Position numbers and translations under genes: made by a program. From Cladosporium halotolerans (Eukaryota), in the NCBI RefSeq assembly GCF_011745625.1, contig NW_027191469.1, forward strand, positions 310,001 to 374,000: a DNA stretch of 64,000 nucleotides, read 5' to 3'. Under the pieces are notes generated by a model. It did not search any database. It was not told where the DNA came from and saw only the letters and a program-made list of their open reading frames with translations. Below are positions 36,666 through 46,703 of the stretch, one piece after another (position 1 is the stretch's first letter; each line of letters opens with the position of its first letter).

Positions 36666-38110
36666 ATGTATTCCCAGGCCAGATCAATCGAAACAAACAT
36701 GTCGAAACTTTCATCTCCTCGCCACCCACTGCGTCGGACCGCCTATTCCGCCAGCTATCCCCGAACCATATCACGATCGCCACTCTGTTCCACGGCAACA
36801 ATTTCAAGGGTTGCCATCAGACCAGTGTTCTCAAGACTTCCGCACCTTAACCAGCGTCAAATCCGCACCTACATCCCCAAAGTAACTGACCACCTGCCAA
36901 TCCATACAGACTATACCCCAACCCAAGCATCAATCCGCAGTGCCCTTTCCCAACTCTGCTCCAATTTCCCACCATCCTACTGGCTCAACCTCGACCGCAC
37001 CGGAACCTGGCCCACAGACTTCCACGCCGCAATCGCACGCGCCGGCTACCTCGGCATAATGCTACCAGCCGCATACGGCGGGTCCGCGCTGGGCCTCGCC
37101 GAAGCAACCGTCATGATGCAGACGATCGCTGAAGGCGGTGGGGCCTACGCGGCTGCGAGCAGCGTGCATATGAACATTTTCGGCCTGGCGCCGGTCGTCA
37201 AGTACGGAACGGAGGAGCAGAAGGAGCGGTTCCTGCGGCCGTTGGTCGAAGGGAAGGAGAGGGCTTGCTTTGCGGTGACGGAGGCGGATTCTGGACTTGA
37301 CACGCTTGGGTTGAAGTCTAGGGCGCGGAGAGAGGGCGAGGAGTATGTGCTCAGCGGGAGCAAGGTGTGGACTTCGACGGCGCAGGTCGCGGAGCGGGTG
37401 CTGATTTTGGTGAGGACTGGCGAGGGACGTAAGGGTGCGCTGACGTTATTTTATACGGCTTTGGATCGAGAGAAGGTCTCTGTGAGGCAGATCGAGAAGA
37501 TGGGGAGAAGCGCGGTAGACTCTAATGAGTTGCATTTTGAGAACTGGAGGGTGCCTGTTGCGGATCGTATTGGAGATGAGGGTGAAGGGTTCAAGATGAT
37601 CATGCACGGTATGAACGCAGAAAGGATCCTGCTCGCGGGCGAGGCGGTGGGGATTGGATTTGCCGCACTGAGACTCGCCGCCAAGTATGCGAAGGAAAGG
37701 GTGGTATTTGGCAGGCCGATTGGGCAGAATCAAGGGATCGCACATCCTCTGGCCAAGTCGTGGTGCCAATTAGAGAGCACAAGATTGATGATCATGCAAG
37801 CGTCGAAGATGTGGGATGAGGGCTTTGCGACGGGAGAATACGCCAACGCTGTCAAGTATCTGGCTGGAGAGCACGCATTCGCTGCTTGCGAGACGGCGGT
37901 GTGCTCTATGGGTGGGATGGGTTACGCCAAGGAGTGAGTCTGTTCGTTTCCTTGGGTCAGGAGGTGTGCCGCTAATGAGTGGATTATTCCAGATATCATG
38001 TTGAGAGATTCCTCAGAGAGGTCATCATCACGCGTTTGGCTCCGATAAGCAGGGAGATGTGCCTGAACTACATTTCGGAAAAAGTCTTGGACCTGCCGAA
38101 GAGCTACTGA
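36666..38110 (+). CDS. Acyl-CoA dehydrogenase (bacterial-like subfamily), mitochondrial presequence; intron at about 37934-37991; start may be 36699
   Basis: YGGSALG, CFAVTEADSGLD, GSKVWTS, MNAERIL, RVVFGRPIGQNQGI, GGMGYAKE|YHVERFLRE and RLAPISREM. Confidence 0.92.
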
Positions 38111-38459
38111 GTCCGAGGGGGCGAGGCGTAAGCGTTGTCAAGATGTGCCATACGTCAACATTTCTTGACTTGCTCTAAAGAAAAGGTAATTCTCAAGGAA
38201 CTTGCAGCTGCACGCTTGCGCCCCGTGGCTTGCTCGGTTAGATGCGCAGTCGGCTCAGCCTTGTTATGCAACACACGACCTCAGCCTCGTCACCGGCTCG
38301 CGCCCAGAGCTCTGTACTCATCATCCACGACCATCCCGGAGGAAGAACACTGTTTCAAGAGTCGACGCTCAAGTCATCCCATTTTTACAGCGGAACGTGC
38401 TCCCTGACCGATCTTCCTGCCACTACTCATCCTGGTCATCTTCGGGCCCGGAAAATACT

Positions 38460-41400
38460 ATGGATGCTGCCAGCCTCATATATACTGTTTCCAAGGATCT
38501 CTATGTATTCTACCAAAAAGCAAACAGACGCGAGGATGACATCAAAGACATCCGAACCCAGTTGCTCTGGATGGGGGAGAAGTCTGTCTTGGTCCAAGTT
38601 TTGCTGCAACGAGATGGCGTCAAGGCTGAAGACACGTCGAAGATCGAGAGCAACCTGCAGAATTGCCAAACTGCCGTGATAGAGCTCACCAGTGCTGTGG
38701 ACAAGCTGAAAACATTGGACCATAGCAGCACAAATGGCATCGCAAACCTAAAAACCCGGCTCATAAAGATGGGAGTCAGGACAGCATGGCCGTTAAAGAC
38801 GGAGACGATTATTGCTCTTGGAGGGCACGTCAGGACATGTCATGATGCTCTGGACTCTGCAATGTCGCTCTTGCACATGAACATCAGCGCATCGAATATC
38901 GAAAAAGTCCGAGATCTGGACAAGACGATCATGAGTGGAAAGACGAGCTTGGAGAATGCCCTGAACACCGCTCGATCCTTGTTTAAAGATGAGCTTCAGA
39001 TAATCTCACGTCAGCTGGTACAACAATCCCAGGTACTCGCGCATCAGGCTAAATTGCTAGTTAGCGAGCAAGAAATACAACGGACACAAAGAGTGTTGGA
39101 CAGCTTGAAGTACGACGGCATGGAAGATCGCGAGCACCAGATAGAAGATTCCAAAGACATTACCTACGTCTGGGTTTTCACCCATGAGGCGAAAAACCTG
39201 CCAGAAGTGCAGAACCTTGTGAATTTCCTGAACACTGGCTCTGGCCTTTTTTGGATCTCAGGCGAAGCAGCATCCGGAAAGTCCACTTTCATGAAGTACC
39301 TTGCGAGGCCCCAACGCACAGGATCCGACTTGTGGCAGTGGAACGGAAACAGTGAATTCATCGTCGTTCGGCACTTTTGCTTCGTCGCTGGATTGGAGAT
39401 GCAGAAGACCCAACTTGGCCTGCTGAGAACTTTGCTATTCTACCTACTCAAAGCGGAACCGGGCCTTGTTCCCGATGTCTGCCCTGATGTGCCCAATGCT
39501 GGCCTCGGGCAAGGTCCCTGGTCGGTCCGTGACTTGCGCGGTTCCTTGCAACGTGCTGTTCAAGCGACTTCTAGGCGACTTTGTATTTTCGTTGACGGGT
39601 TGGATGAGATCTACAAGGAATCTGAGCTCGAAGATGTCGTTCGCTTTCTGAAACAAATCGCTTCTCATGGGCACGTCAAACTGATCATCTCTTCTCGGCC
39701 GTGGAGAGTCTTCAGGGGCCACTGTGCTGCGAAAAATGAGTTACACATGAAAAGTATCAACACAAGAGCGATTGTTTCGCATCTGAAGAGCACACTTGGA
39801 TCCTTGCCTGCTTTCCTTGACGTCTCCTGGCAATGCCAGACGGGTTTTCTCGAGTGCGAGCACACCGACGACTACTCACAGAATATCGACAGAAATGCCC
39901 ATGGAACGGCCCACAGGTTAATCTTCAACCTCCTTTACAAAGCCCAAGGGAACTTCCTTTGGATCTATCTAATCTCAAAATCCATCCGATCAAGGTTGGA
40001 TGCAGATCTCAGCATGGCTAGCACCATCAAAAGAATCGATGAAACCCCAAGCGATCTCAACACTTACTTCCGAGAGATGATCCTTGAAAGACTTGACAAA
40101 GACCTGCGATCTGAGACTGCCATGGCTTTGCGTATCGCACTTCTGCCGGACTACGCCACCTCATGGATCTCATTTTGGCAGCTTTTGAACCACTGCAATG
40201 GCGAAGCGCCATCGCTAGAGCACGCCGACTTCTCTACACTGACACCCTATCAACTGTACGATCGCCCAGCGGTTGAGAGCATGATACGGCAGACAGGTGA
40301 TTTCCTGGACCAGTGTGGCAGAGATCTTCTGGACACTCGTCGAATGCGTCGTCTACTGATCACAGTGAACGGCCCTTGGAAGAGATTTGCAAGACGCCGC
40401 GTCATCTTCACCCATCGTACTGCGTATGATTTTTTGAAAACGCGAGAGATGGATGATCTGCTGAACGAGCGGACTCCACGGGCATTTCGCGACGAGAATT
40501 TCCCGCACAGCCTTCTACTTTCACAGATCAAACTATCATTTGGAGGCACAGGTGTCAGCAGCAGGAGGAATGAAGCAATCTCCGCCTGGCGACTCATTGA
40601 GCACGCTTTAAATCACTTCAATGAAGAACGGGTTTCACAGCAACCATCGAGGTTTGCGAAACTCGCCAAGGAAGCAGACGCCATAGCCCTGCACTATTTG
40701 GTGGATTTGGAATCTCTATTCCATGATTCTTCACAATACACTCTGTCGGACAAGGTTGTTTCAAAGTACGTGTGTTACTCTCTCGCTTGTCACGGCTGTT
40801 ATGGCACCATTGATACGATTCTGGAGCGATGGCCGGCGCAAGCCTGCTCTATTCGTGACTATTTCGACCACGACATGTTAAGCGATGCTTTGCGTCTGTC
40901 ACCGTATCATTATGATGACGAAAGTCCCAATTTGAAATGGCTGAGGAAACTACTTGCCGCAGGTGCTGATCCGAATAGGCCATGCATCTTCTCATCGTTC
41001 CGATCCAATCAAACGGATGCCTTAGCATGGTCCACAACTTGGTGCAGATTTCTGGACGAGCTGGAAGACCACACGCAAGGTTTGCCTGTTCAAGCAGACG
41101 AAGGAGACCAAGGATCTGTAATAGCTCCACCTCTTCCTTTTTCGTCTCCGAGTGTACGATCTGCAATCAAGCTCCTCCTTGAATTCGGTGCAGACCTTCA
41201 ATTCACTCGTACTAGACTGGATCCAAGGACCGTCGACTTCCAATTCCGCACTGAGTCTGATATAGGGGACGATACTGTGATTGAGGACGGACGCATCGAT
41301 CCACTAGCCATACTACGAGCCCGGCTTCCCATGGACGCCGATTCAGAATGGCCTTCGCTCCTAGAGCACTACCTGAAACCCGAAACACGCCAGGAAATAC

Positions 41401-41474
41401 AAGAAAGACGTCGGAAGATCCTGGAAAAATGGCCACCGTCATATCGACCGAACGCCTTGACAGAACTTGTCTGA
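38460..41474 (+). CDS. NACHT-domain (fungal NLR-like STAND) protein with a helical N-terminal domain and degenerate ankyrin-like C-terminus
   Basis: Walker A FWISGEAASGKSTFMK, Walker B CIFVDGLDE, ISSRP, AQGNFLW and FTHRTAYDFL. LLAAGADPN and LLLEFGADL occur near the C-terminus. Intronless. Confidence 0.9.
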   Translation: MDAASLIYTVSKDLYVFYQKANRREDDIKDIRTQLLWMGEKSVLVQVLLQRDGVKAEDTSKIESNLQNCQTAVIELTSAVDKLKTLDHSSTNGIANLKTRLIKMGVRTAWPLKTETIIALGGHVRTCHDALDSAMSLLHMNISASNIEKVRDLDKTIMSGKTSLENALNTARSLFKDELQIISRQLVQQSQVLAHQAKLLVSEQEIQRTQRVLDSLKYDGMEDREHQIEDSKDITYVWVFTHEAKNLPEVQNLVNFLNTGSGLFWISGEAASGKSTFMKYLARPQRTGSDLWQWNGNSEFIVVRHFCFVAGLEMQKTQLGLLRTLLFYLLKAEPGLVPDVCPDVPNAGLGQGPWSVRDLRGSLQRAVQATSRRLCIFVDGLDEIYKESELEDVVRFLKQIASHGHVKLIISSRPWRVFRGHCAAKNELHMKSINTRAIVSHLKSTLGSLPAFLDVSWQCQTGFLECEHTDDYSQNIDRNAHGTAHRLIFNLLYKAQGNFLWIYLISKSIRSRLDADLSMASTIKRIDETPSDLNTYFREMILERLDKDLRSETAMALRIALLPDYATSWISFWQLLNHCNGEAPSLEHADFSTLTPYQLYDRPAVESMIRQTGDFLDQCGRDLLDTRRMRRLLITVNGPWKRFARRRVIFTHRTAYDFLKTREMDDLLNERTPRAFRDENFPHSLLLSQIKLSFGGTGVSSRRNEAISAWRLIEHALNHFNEERVSQQPSRFAKLAKEADAIALHYLVDLESLFHDSSQYTLSDKVVSKYVCYSLACHGCYGTIDTILERWPAQACSIRDYFDHDMLSDALRLSPYHYDDESPNLKWLRKLLAAGADPNRPCIFSSFRSNQTDALAWSTTWCRFLDELEDHTQGLPVQADEGDQGSVIAPPLPFSSPSVRSAIKLLLEFGADLQFTRTRLDPRTVDFQFRTESDIGDDTVIEDGRIDPLAILRARLPMDADSEWPSLLEHYLKPETRQEIQERRRKILEKWPPSYRPNALTELV

Positions 41475-41593
41475 CCGCCAACAATCCCCATGGCATGCCA
41501 TCAAAACGAACCCAAGGCCCCACCTTGACAGAAACCCCATTCCAACATCCCCACCAGCCCTCCTCAACCTCTCTTCCCTCCCTCCAACCCGTC

Positions 41594-42363
41594 TCATCCC
41601 GCAACCGGCTGCGGCTCCCCCACCCTCGCCCCATACGAAATCCTCCCCCCGGGCAAAAAGAACAACGCCACGCCCCTCCCGCCCCTCGCGCGCGGATAAT
41701 GGTGCGAACCTGCAGGCAAGCTCGTCCAGCCCGCGCCCTGCCAGCGCTCGCCGACGGGCAAGCCCTCGAGCTCAAAACCCGGATCGATCGGCACGACGCA
41801 GTTGATCTCGCCGTACGGGTGCTTGTGGTACTGGCCTGCGTAGATGCCGGAACCCCCGGTGGTGTCGAAGTAGACGGTTGTGATGGACATGTAGAGGGTT
41901 TCGGGGGTGGGGAGGGAGATCTGGCGGGTCTCAGTAGGGGTGGGAGTGGGCTGGGGGTTTTCTTCTTTTTCTTGTCGAGGAGGGTGGGGATGGGATGGGA
42001 TGGGGAGGAAGACGGACACGACCGCGGCGGTATTTAGGCCCGTCGAGCTCGCCGGAGGCGGCCCAGCCTTCTTCGATGCCTTTCTTGACGAGGGTGCAGA
42101 AGTCTTCGTAGAAGGCGTTGCCGGGGCCGTAGTTGGCGTTGAGGTGCGATTCGAGGTCTTTGCCAGGCGTTCTGGGGTTGGGTTGGTCAGTTGATTGGAG
42201 CTCAGTCAGATCGGGTCGATAATTCAGTTACAACTCACAAGTCTTTTACTTCATGCATGAACTCGCCGACTCGCTGCACCAGTTTCGCTGCCGCGGGGTA
42301 GGCATTGAGGTCGACGCCGGTGGGCGAGCCGTCGTAGCCGCCCGGAGGATTGGTGGTGGTCAT
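41594..42363 (-). CDS. PnbB / 4-hydroxylaminobenzoate lyase-like (DUF4863) cupin, 201 aa; exons 42363-42239, 42171-42018, 41920-41594
   Basis: The spliced model (606 nt) gives EGWAASGELDGPKYRRGRI, GQYHKHPYGEINCVVP, GWTSLPAGSHHYP and LFFLPGGRI. Confidence 0.85.
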
Positions 42364-42976
42364 GTTTGAAGTGAGGTTGAGCGACAGAGAGACCCTTGCT
42401 GGAATATTTCAATTCATATATTTGCGAAAGGTTACCTTACCTTGCTGGAGAATCTCACCTCGTGCGTGCCAATCAGGCCAGAGTTCAAAATGAGGGGTCG
42501 TTCGCTTTGGGTTGCCAACCTGTCAGCCGGTTGTTGATGCGGTAAATAAAACCGTCCATACCCTTTGCTATACACCGCAAGTCGATGTAGCTTCCGTCGA
42601 CCAAGTTAAGGATGCGAGTCTCATTGTCCCTGCAATGATCGACAAGACAAGTTTTTGAAAAACAGAGACACGCTCGAGGAGAGGCTAACGTGTAATGGCC
42701 CGTTGGGTATCATGAAAAAGCTATCCAATGCTTCTCCGCTCTATGGTATGTGCCATCGATGTTTTGTGGTTGTTATGTTCATAAGCGCCGCGTATGCACA
42801 TCCTCTCGTCAAAGAATTCCCCATACTCTCCGACCTAATCCACTGACGCCCTGGGCAAGTCCGCACCCTTGCAGTCCATATGCGACATTGACGCATGTTC
42901 TTCGTATCCTCAATCCCACTATGCATCTCCTCCGGGAGACTTCTCAACAATTCTTCTCGTATAACGATTTTCCACT

Positions 42977-43910
42977 TCAAGGCTTCTGCTCAGCCTGAGC
43001 ACCACCCGCATCAGCGACGGGCTTGACGTCGCTGGCGCTCTCCTTAGTCTGGCCCAGAGGCAGCTTCTCCTTGGAAGCCTCGAGGCTCTCCTCCTGGCTG
43101 GACAGGAGGGTGTGGACCGGGGCGTCGAGCTTGGCGCGGCCCTGGAGGAAGTCGAGCTCCATCATGAAGAGGAAGCCCTTCAGGTCACCAGCCAGCTTGC
43201 GGACGAGGGAACCGGCGGCGGCGGCGGATCCACCTGGGAGAGAGATATGGTCAGCGGAGGTGTTCACTGGGAGTGCAGCAGGGTTGACGGGAGAGCTTAC
43301 CAGTCGCGATAATGTCGTCCACGATGATGACCTTCTGGCCCGGCTTGATCGCGTCCTCCTGCACCTGGAAGTGGTCGGTGCCGTACTCCTTCTGGTAGCC
43401 CTCGGTGACACACTTGCCAGGGAGCTTGCCCTGCTTGCGGACGGGGACGAAGCCGGCGCCCAGGCGCAGAGCGAGAGTAGGACCGAAGAGGAAGCCGCGG
43501 CTCTCAAGGCCGACGACGACGTCGATGTCGCTCTTCTCGCCGACAGTGGTGTCGAAGGCGGCCGCGACCTGCAGCTCCAGGGCGCGCACGAGGTCCGTGA
43601 AGGTCTTGTGGTTGGCGAAGATGGGCATGATGTCCTCGAAGAGGATGCCCGGCGAGGGGAAGTCGGGGAACTGGCGCAGAGCTCCGCGCAGGTTTACTTT
43701 AAGACGGGAGAGTTCGGCGGGACCGGAGGCATAGGCGGCGGCGAGTCCTCCTTGGGCGCCATTGCTGGCGGTGCTGGTGGTCGGGTCGGGCTTCTCGGCG
43801 GGCGGGTGGGAGGCAGTGGAGGGCTTGTCGACGGCCTGAGTGCTGGCGGAGGTGTTGTCCGGGTGGCCGTGAGGAGGGTGCTGAGCGTGCGAGACGGGGG
43901 CGGCGCTCAT
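42977..43910 (-). CDS. apt1: Adenine phosphoribosyltransferase; one intron at about 43233-43300
   Basis: [39 protein letters not shown] and the PRPP motif [12 protein letters not shown]. Confidence 0.96.
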
Positions 43911-45594
43911 ATTGGGAGAAGGAGGGGAGGGGTTTTTTCCTGGGGTGGGATGGGAAATTTTTTGGTGGGCGGATGGCTGCGTCGGCGGGTGCAAGAGTGA
44001 GGTAAGCGGTGACAGGGCCGAGAGGGGAGCTGGAGCGAGATGCTGGGGGGAGGTGCAGGCGAGCGGCGGGCGACACGGCAGGTTTGTGCGTGGAGTCTGG
44101 CGATGGTTGGGTCTGGTTGGGTTTGTTGCTGCACAGATATCACAGCAGGGCGGGCGGCGGGCGGCGATGGTGGGAGTGCGGGGCGCAGGGCCGGGAGGGA
44201 CTGATTGACGAACACCGACCAAGGGCCGCTCCCAGGGACCGCTCACATTGTTGTTTTGGGCTGTGATTACTTGACTGTGCGACAAATGATCACGCATATA
44301 CGACATGTTCATTGTATACGTCTAGCAAGGTGACACACCACAACGCTGTCCATACCATACCCGGCAATAAACCAACCACACACATTGATCCCACCATCAT
44401 CTACCCCCTCCCATCCCATCCCATCCCACCTCGCACCCTCCACGCCGTCACGCAATAATAACAAAGCCCCCAAGTAGCTCCCTCCCACCACGAGTGGCGG
44501 TCTACACGCTCCACACGTGTCCGCGCGTATTGGCTGGCAAATCACTCAGCGGCAAAGCGAGAGATTCGCGTTGCGGGGCACACGCACCAAGCACACACGC
44601 CTGGTCTGGCCTGACTCTTCACGCAGCCCTGGCCGCTTGGAAGCGAGCTCCGAGCTCCCTAAGGTAGTAAGTAGTAGGTCCTTGGTAGCAAGCTTCAGGT
44701 CCATCGAACGTCTTCCCACGTCACACCAGCAGAGCGGCAGAAGAAACGCAGACGCAGCCTGCACTCCACCCTCAACGCATGCACCCGCCCGTCAGCCGCA
44801 CGAGCTACGAGTCTCGAAAGCGTTCCAGAAGGCCTCCCCGTCTGCAGCCGAGCCGGTGCTGTCGCGTCAGATAAGCAGCGAGTCGTGCGAGAGGTTGTTC
44901 AACCAGACGGACGGCTGGCGGGGGAAGGGCTTGCTTGCTGCGTCTGCCGACGTCGTCCCATCTTCGGGAGACCGTGATGGCCGGATGATGCTGTGTAACG
45001 TTGCACGCGATGGTTTCTTTGTGTCTTGTTGAGGGTGGGCAAGATTGAGTGGATTTGTGCATGCAATAGATTGTGGATGGTGAACGCTTCAAGAACGAAG
45101 TGTTGTATGTCGGCTTCTATTGGGTCAACCATAGGTGTGGATGTCTCACTTTTGTACGCCTGCTCATCGACTGCACCCGCGTTCTGATCTATCAGGTCGC
45201 TCAGCTGGCTTGACGAGGCCTACAATGAACCTCAAGAATGTTACAGATGGGTTGGCCAACATCTCTGATTGATTGGATCCTTGAACCCATCACACAATCG
45301 TGTCTGACTAACAAAGCCAAATGGGTCCTGTTGACACGTCTGACAGCTCCCAGGTGGCGTGAACACCTGGAGAAATCGCCATTCTGCTCGTCTCACGTTC
45401 GACCGTCTTTATCCGGAAGCTTGTGCCTCGCGCTCGTGCCAAAATGTGACATGTCGGTGGTGCAGGCACGGGACGCGTTACATTTGCGACGCGTCGTGCG
45501 TCCTTTACCGCCGCTCAATTCTACCACCACCTTCCCAACCGAGAACAGCGAAAGCTTGGCATCACCGTCGAATCACGCCGCAACTTCTCCCCCT

Positions 45595-46287
45595 TCAGCA
45601 AAACCTATGTGTCTGCTTCACAACCGCGTCGTCCATCTCCCACTTATCCAACAACCCACACCTCCCAAACACACCCCTAACATCCTTCTCCTTCACATCG
45701 TCCCTCATCCAACCGATTAGCACCTCCCTCAACTTCTCCCTAACCTCCTCGCAAACCTCCCTATCAACCCAAGGCAACACCCCCTCCTCCCCCCTCCCCT
45801 CCAGCCTCGCCCAATACCCCGTCCAACACCTCCTCGCAAACCGCACAACAGCCCGCTCCACCACCTCCCTCCCACACCCCAGCTCCAACCCGACCAGAAC
45901 CTCCACGACCCTCCTGGCACCCCACACCGGCATCCCCGGCCACGCGCCCGTCACCGTAACCCAAGCCTCAGCATACCTCTCCGCGAGCCCCGGGTCCAAA
46001 GCCGCCCAGTCCTGCTTGGGGTGAGTCGTGGCGAGCCTGTGCGCTTCGGCAGCGATGGGCGAGGGGACGAGGTAGCCGGCGTGCTGCGTCTGCCAGGGCG
46101 TGCCGTCCCAGACGTCGTAGAGGACGTGGCCGCGGGCGAGGGTGGCGGTGCGGGCGAAGTGGCGGGTGTGGGCGGGGTCGGTGGCGGGGATGAGCGTGTG
46201 GGTTGGGGGAAAGGGGTGGGATTTCGTGATGCGGATGACGGTTGAGTATTCGTGGTCTTGGGTGGGTAGGTGGGTGTGGAAATCCAT
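45595..46287 (-). CDS. Hypothetical protein (230 aa)
   Basis: ATG-initiated ORF with the same 5' C-rich to 3' G-rich codon gradient as neighbouring genes. No recognised domain. Confidence 0.55.
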   Translation of the reverse strand: MDFHTHLPTQDHEYSTVIRITKSHPFPPTHTLIPATDPAHTRHFARTATLARGHVLYDVWDGTPWQTQHAGYLVPSPIAAEAHRLATTHPKQDWAALDPGLAERYAEAWVTVTGAWPGMPVWGARRVVEVLVGLELGCGREVVERAVVRFARRCWTGYWARLEGRGEEGVLPWVDREVCEEVREKLREVLIGWMRDDVKEKDVRGVFGRCGLLDKWEMDDAVVKQTHRFC

Positions 46288-46703
46288 GATTTTCGGATTG
46301 GGTTGGGTGCTTGGTGGGTTCTGGGGTGACGTGATTTCGCGCATGTAATGTGCTGTAGACGTCGTGCGCGTGGGTTTGTGTAGTTCCCAGACATCCTTTG
46401 TCGTCCGGATCGAGCATGGAGCACAAGTCCCTTTGTTCGAAGCTGTGATGTCTGGCGGGTGCGCATCGTGAGATTGAGGTGGATGTTCTTTGTTGCTCTT
46501 GCGGAGTTTGCACGGACGTCATATGCGCTGCCAGGGAGAAACGGCATATCTTCCATGGTCATCATGGAAGCCGTTCTATTCGACGATATTCAGTCTTGAA
46601 CAAAGCATGTCCAGTGTGGTATCCGGCCAAGAAATCAATGCCAAAGAAGACATGGAAGGGCCGAAATCGAAATCTCTCAAGAATGCACTGTTGGACGACA
46701 ATC

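Noticed and set aside
38202..38459. N-terminal extension of the NACHT ORF from a TTG start
   Set aside because: Eukaryotic initiation favours ATG 38460, and the extension is not domain-like.
43023..44000. 325-aa + strand ORF opposite APRT
   Set aside because: Antisense shadow of a GC-biased gene.
44405..44430. Short (CCATC)n run, with a similar one in a PnbB intron at about 41985-42005
   Set aside because: Only about three units of simple repeat; not telomeric or CRISPR-like.
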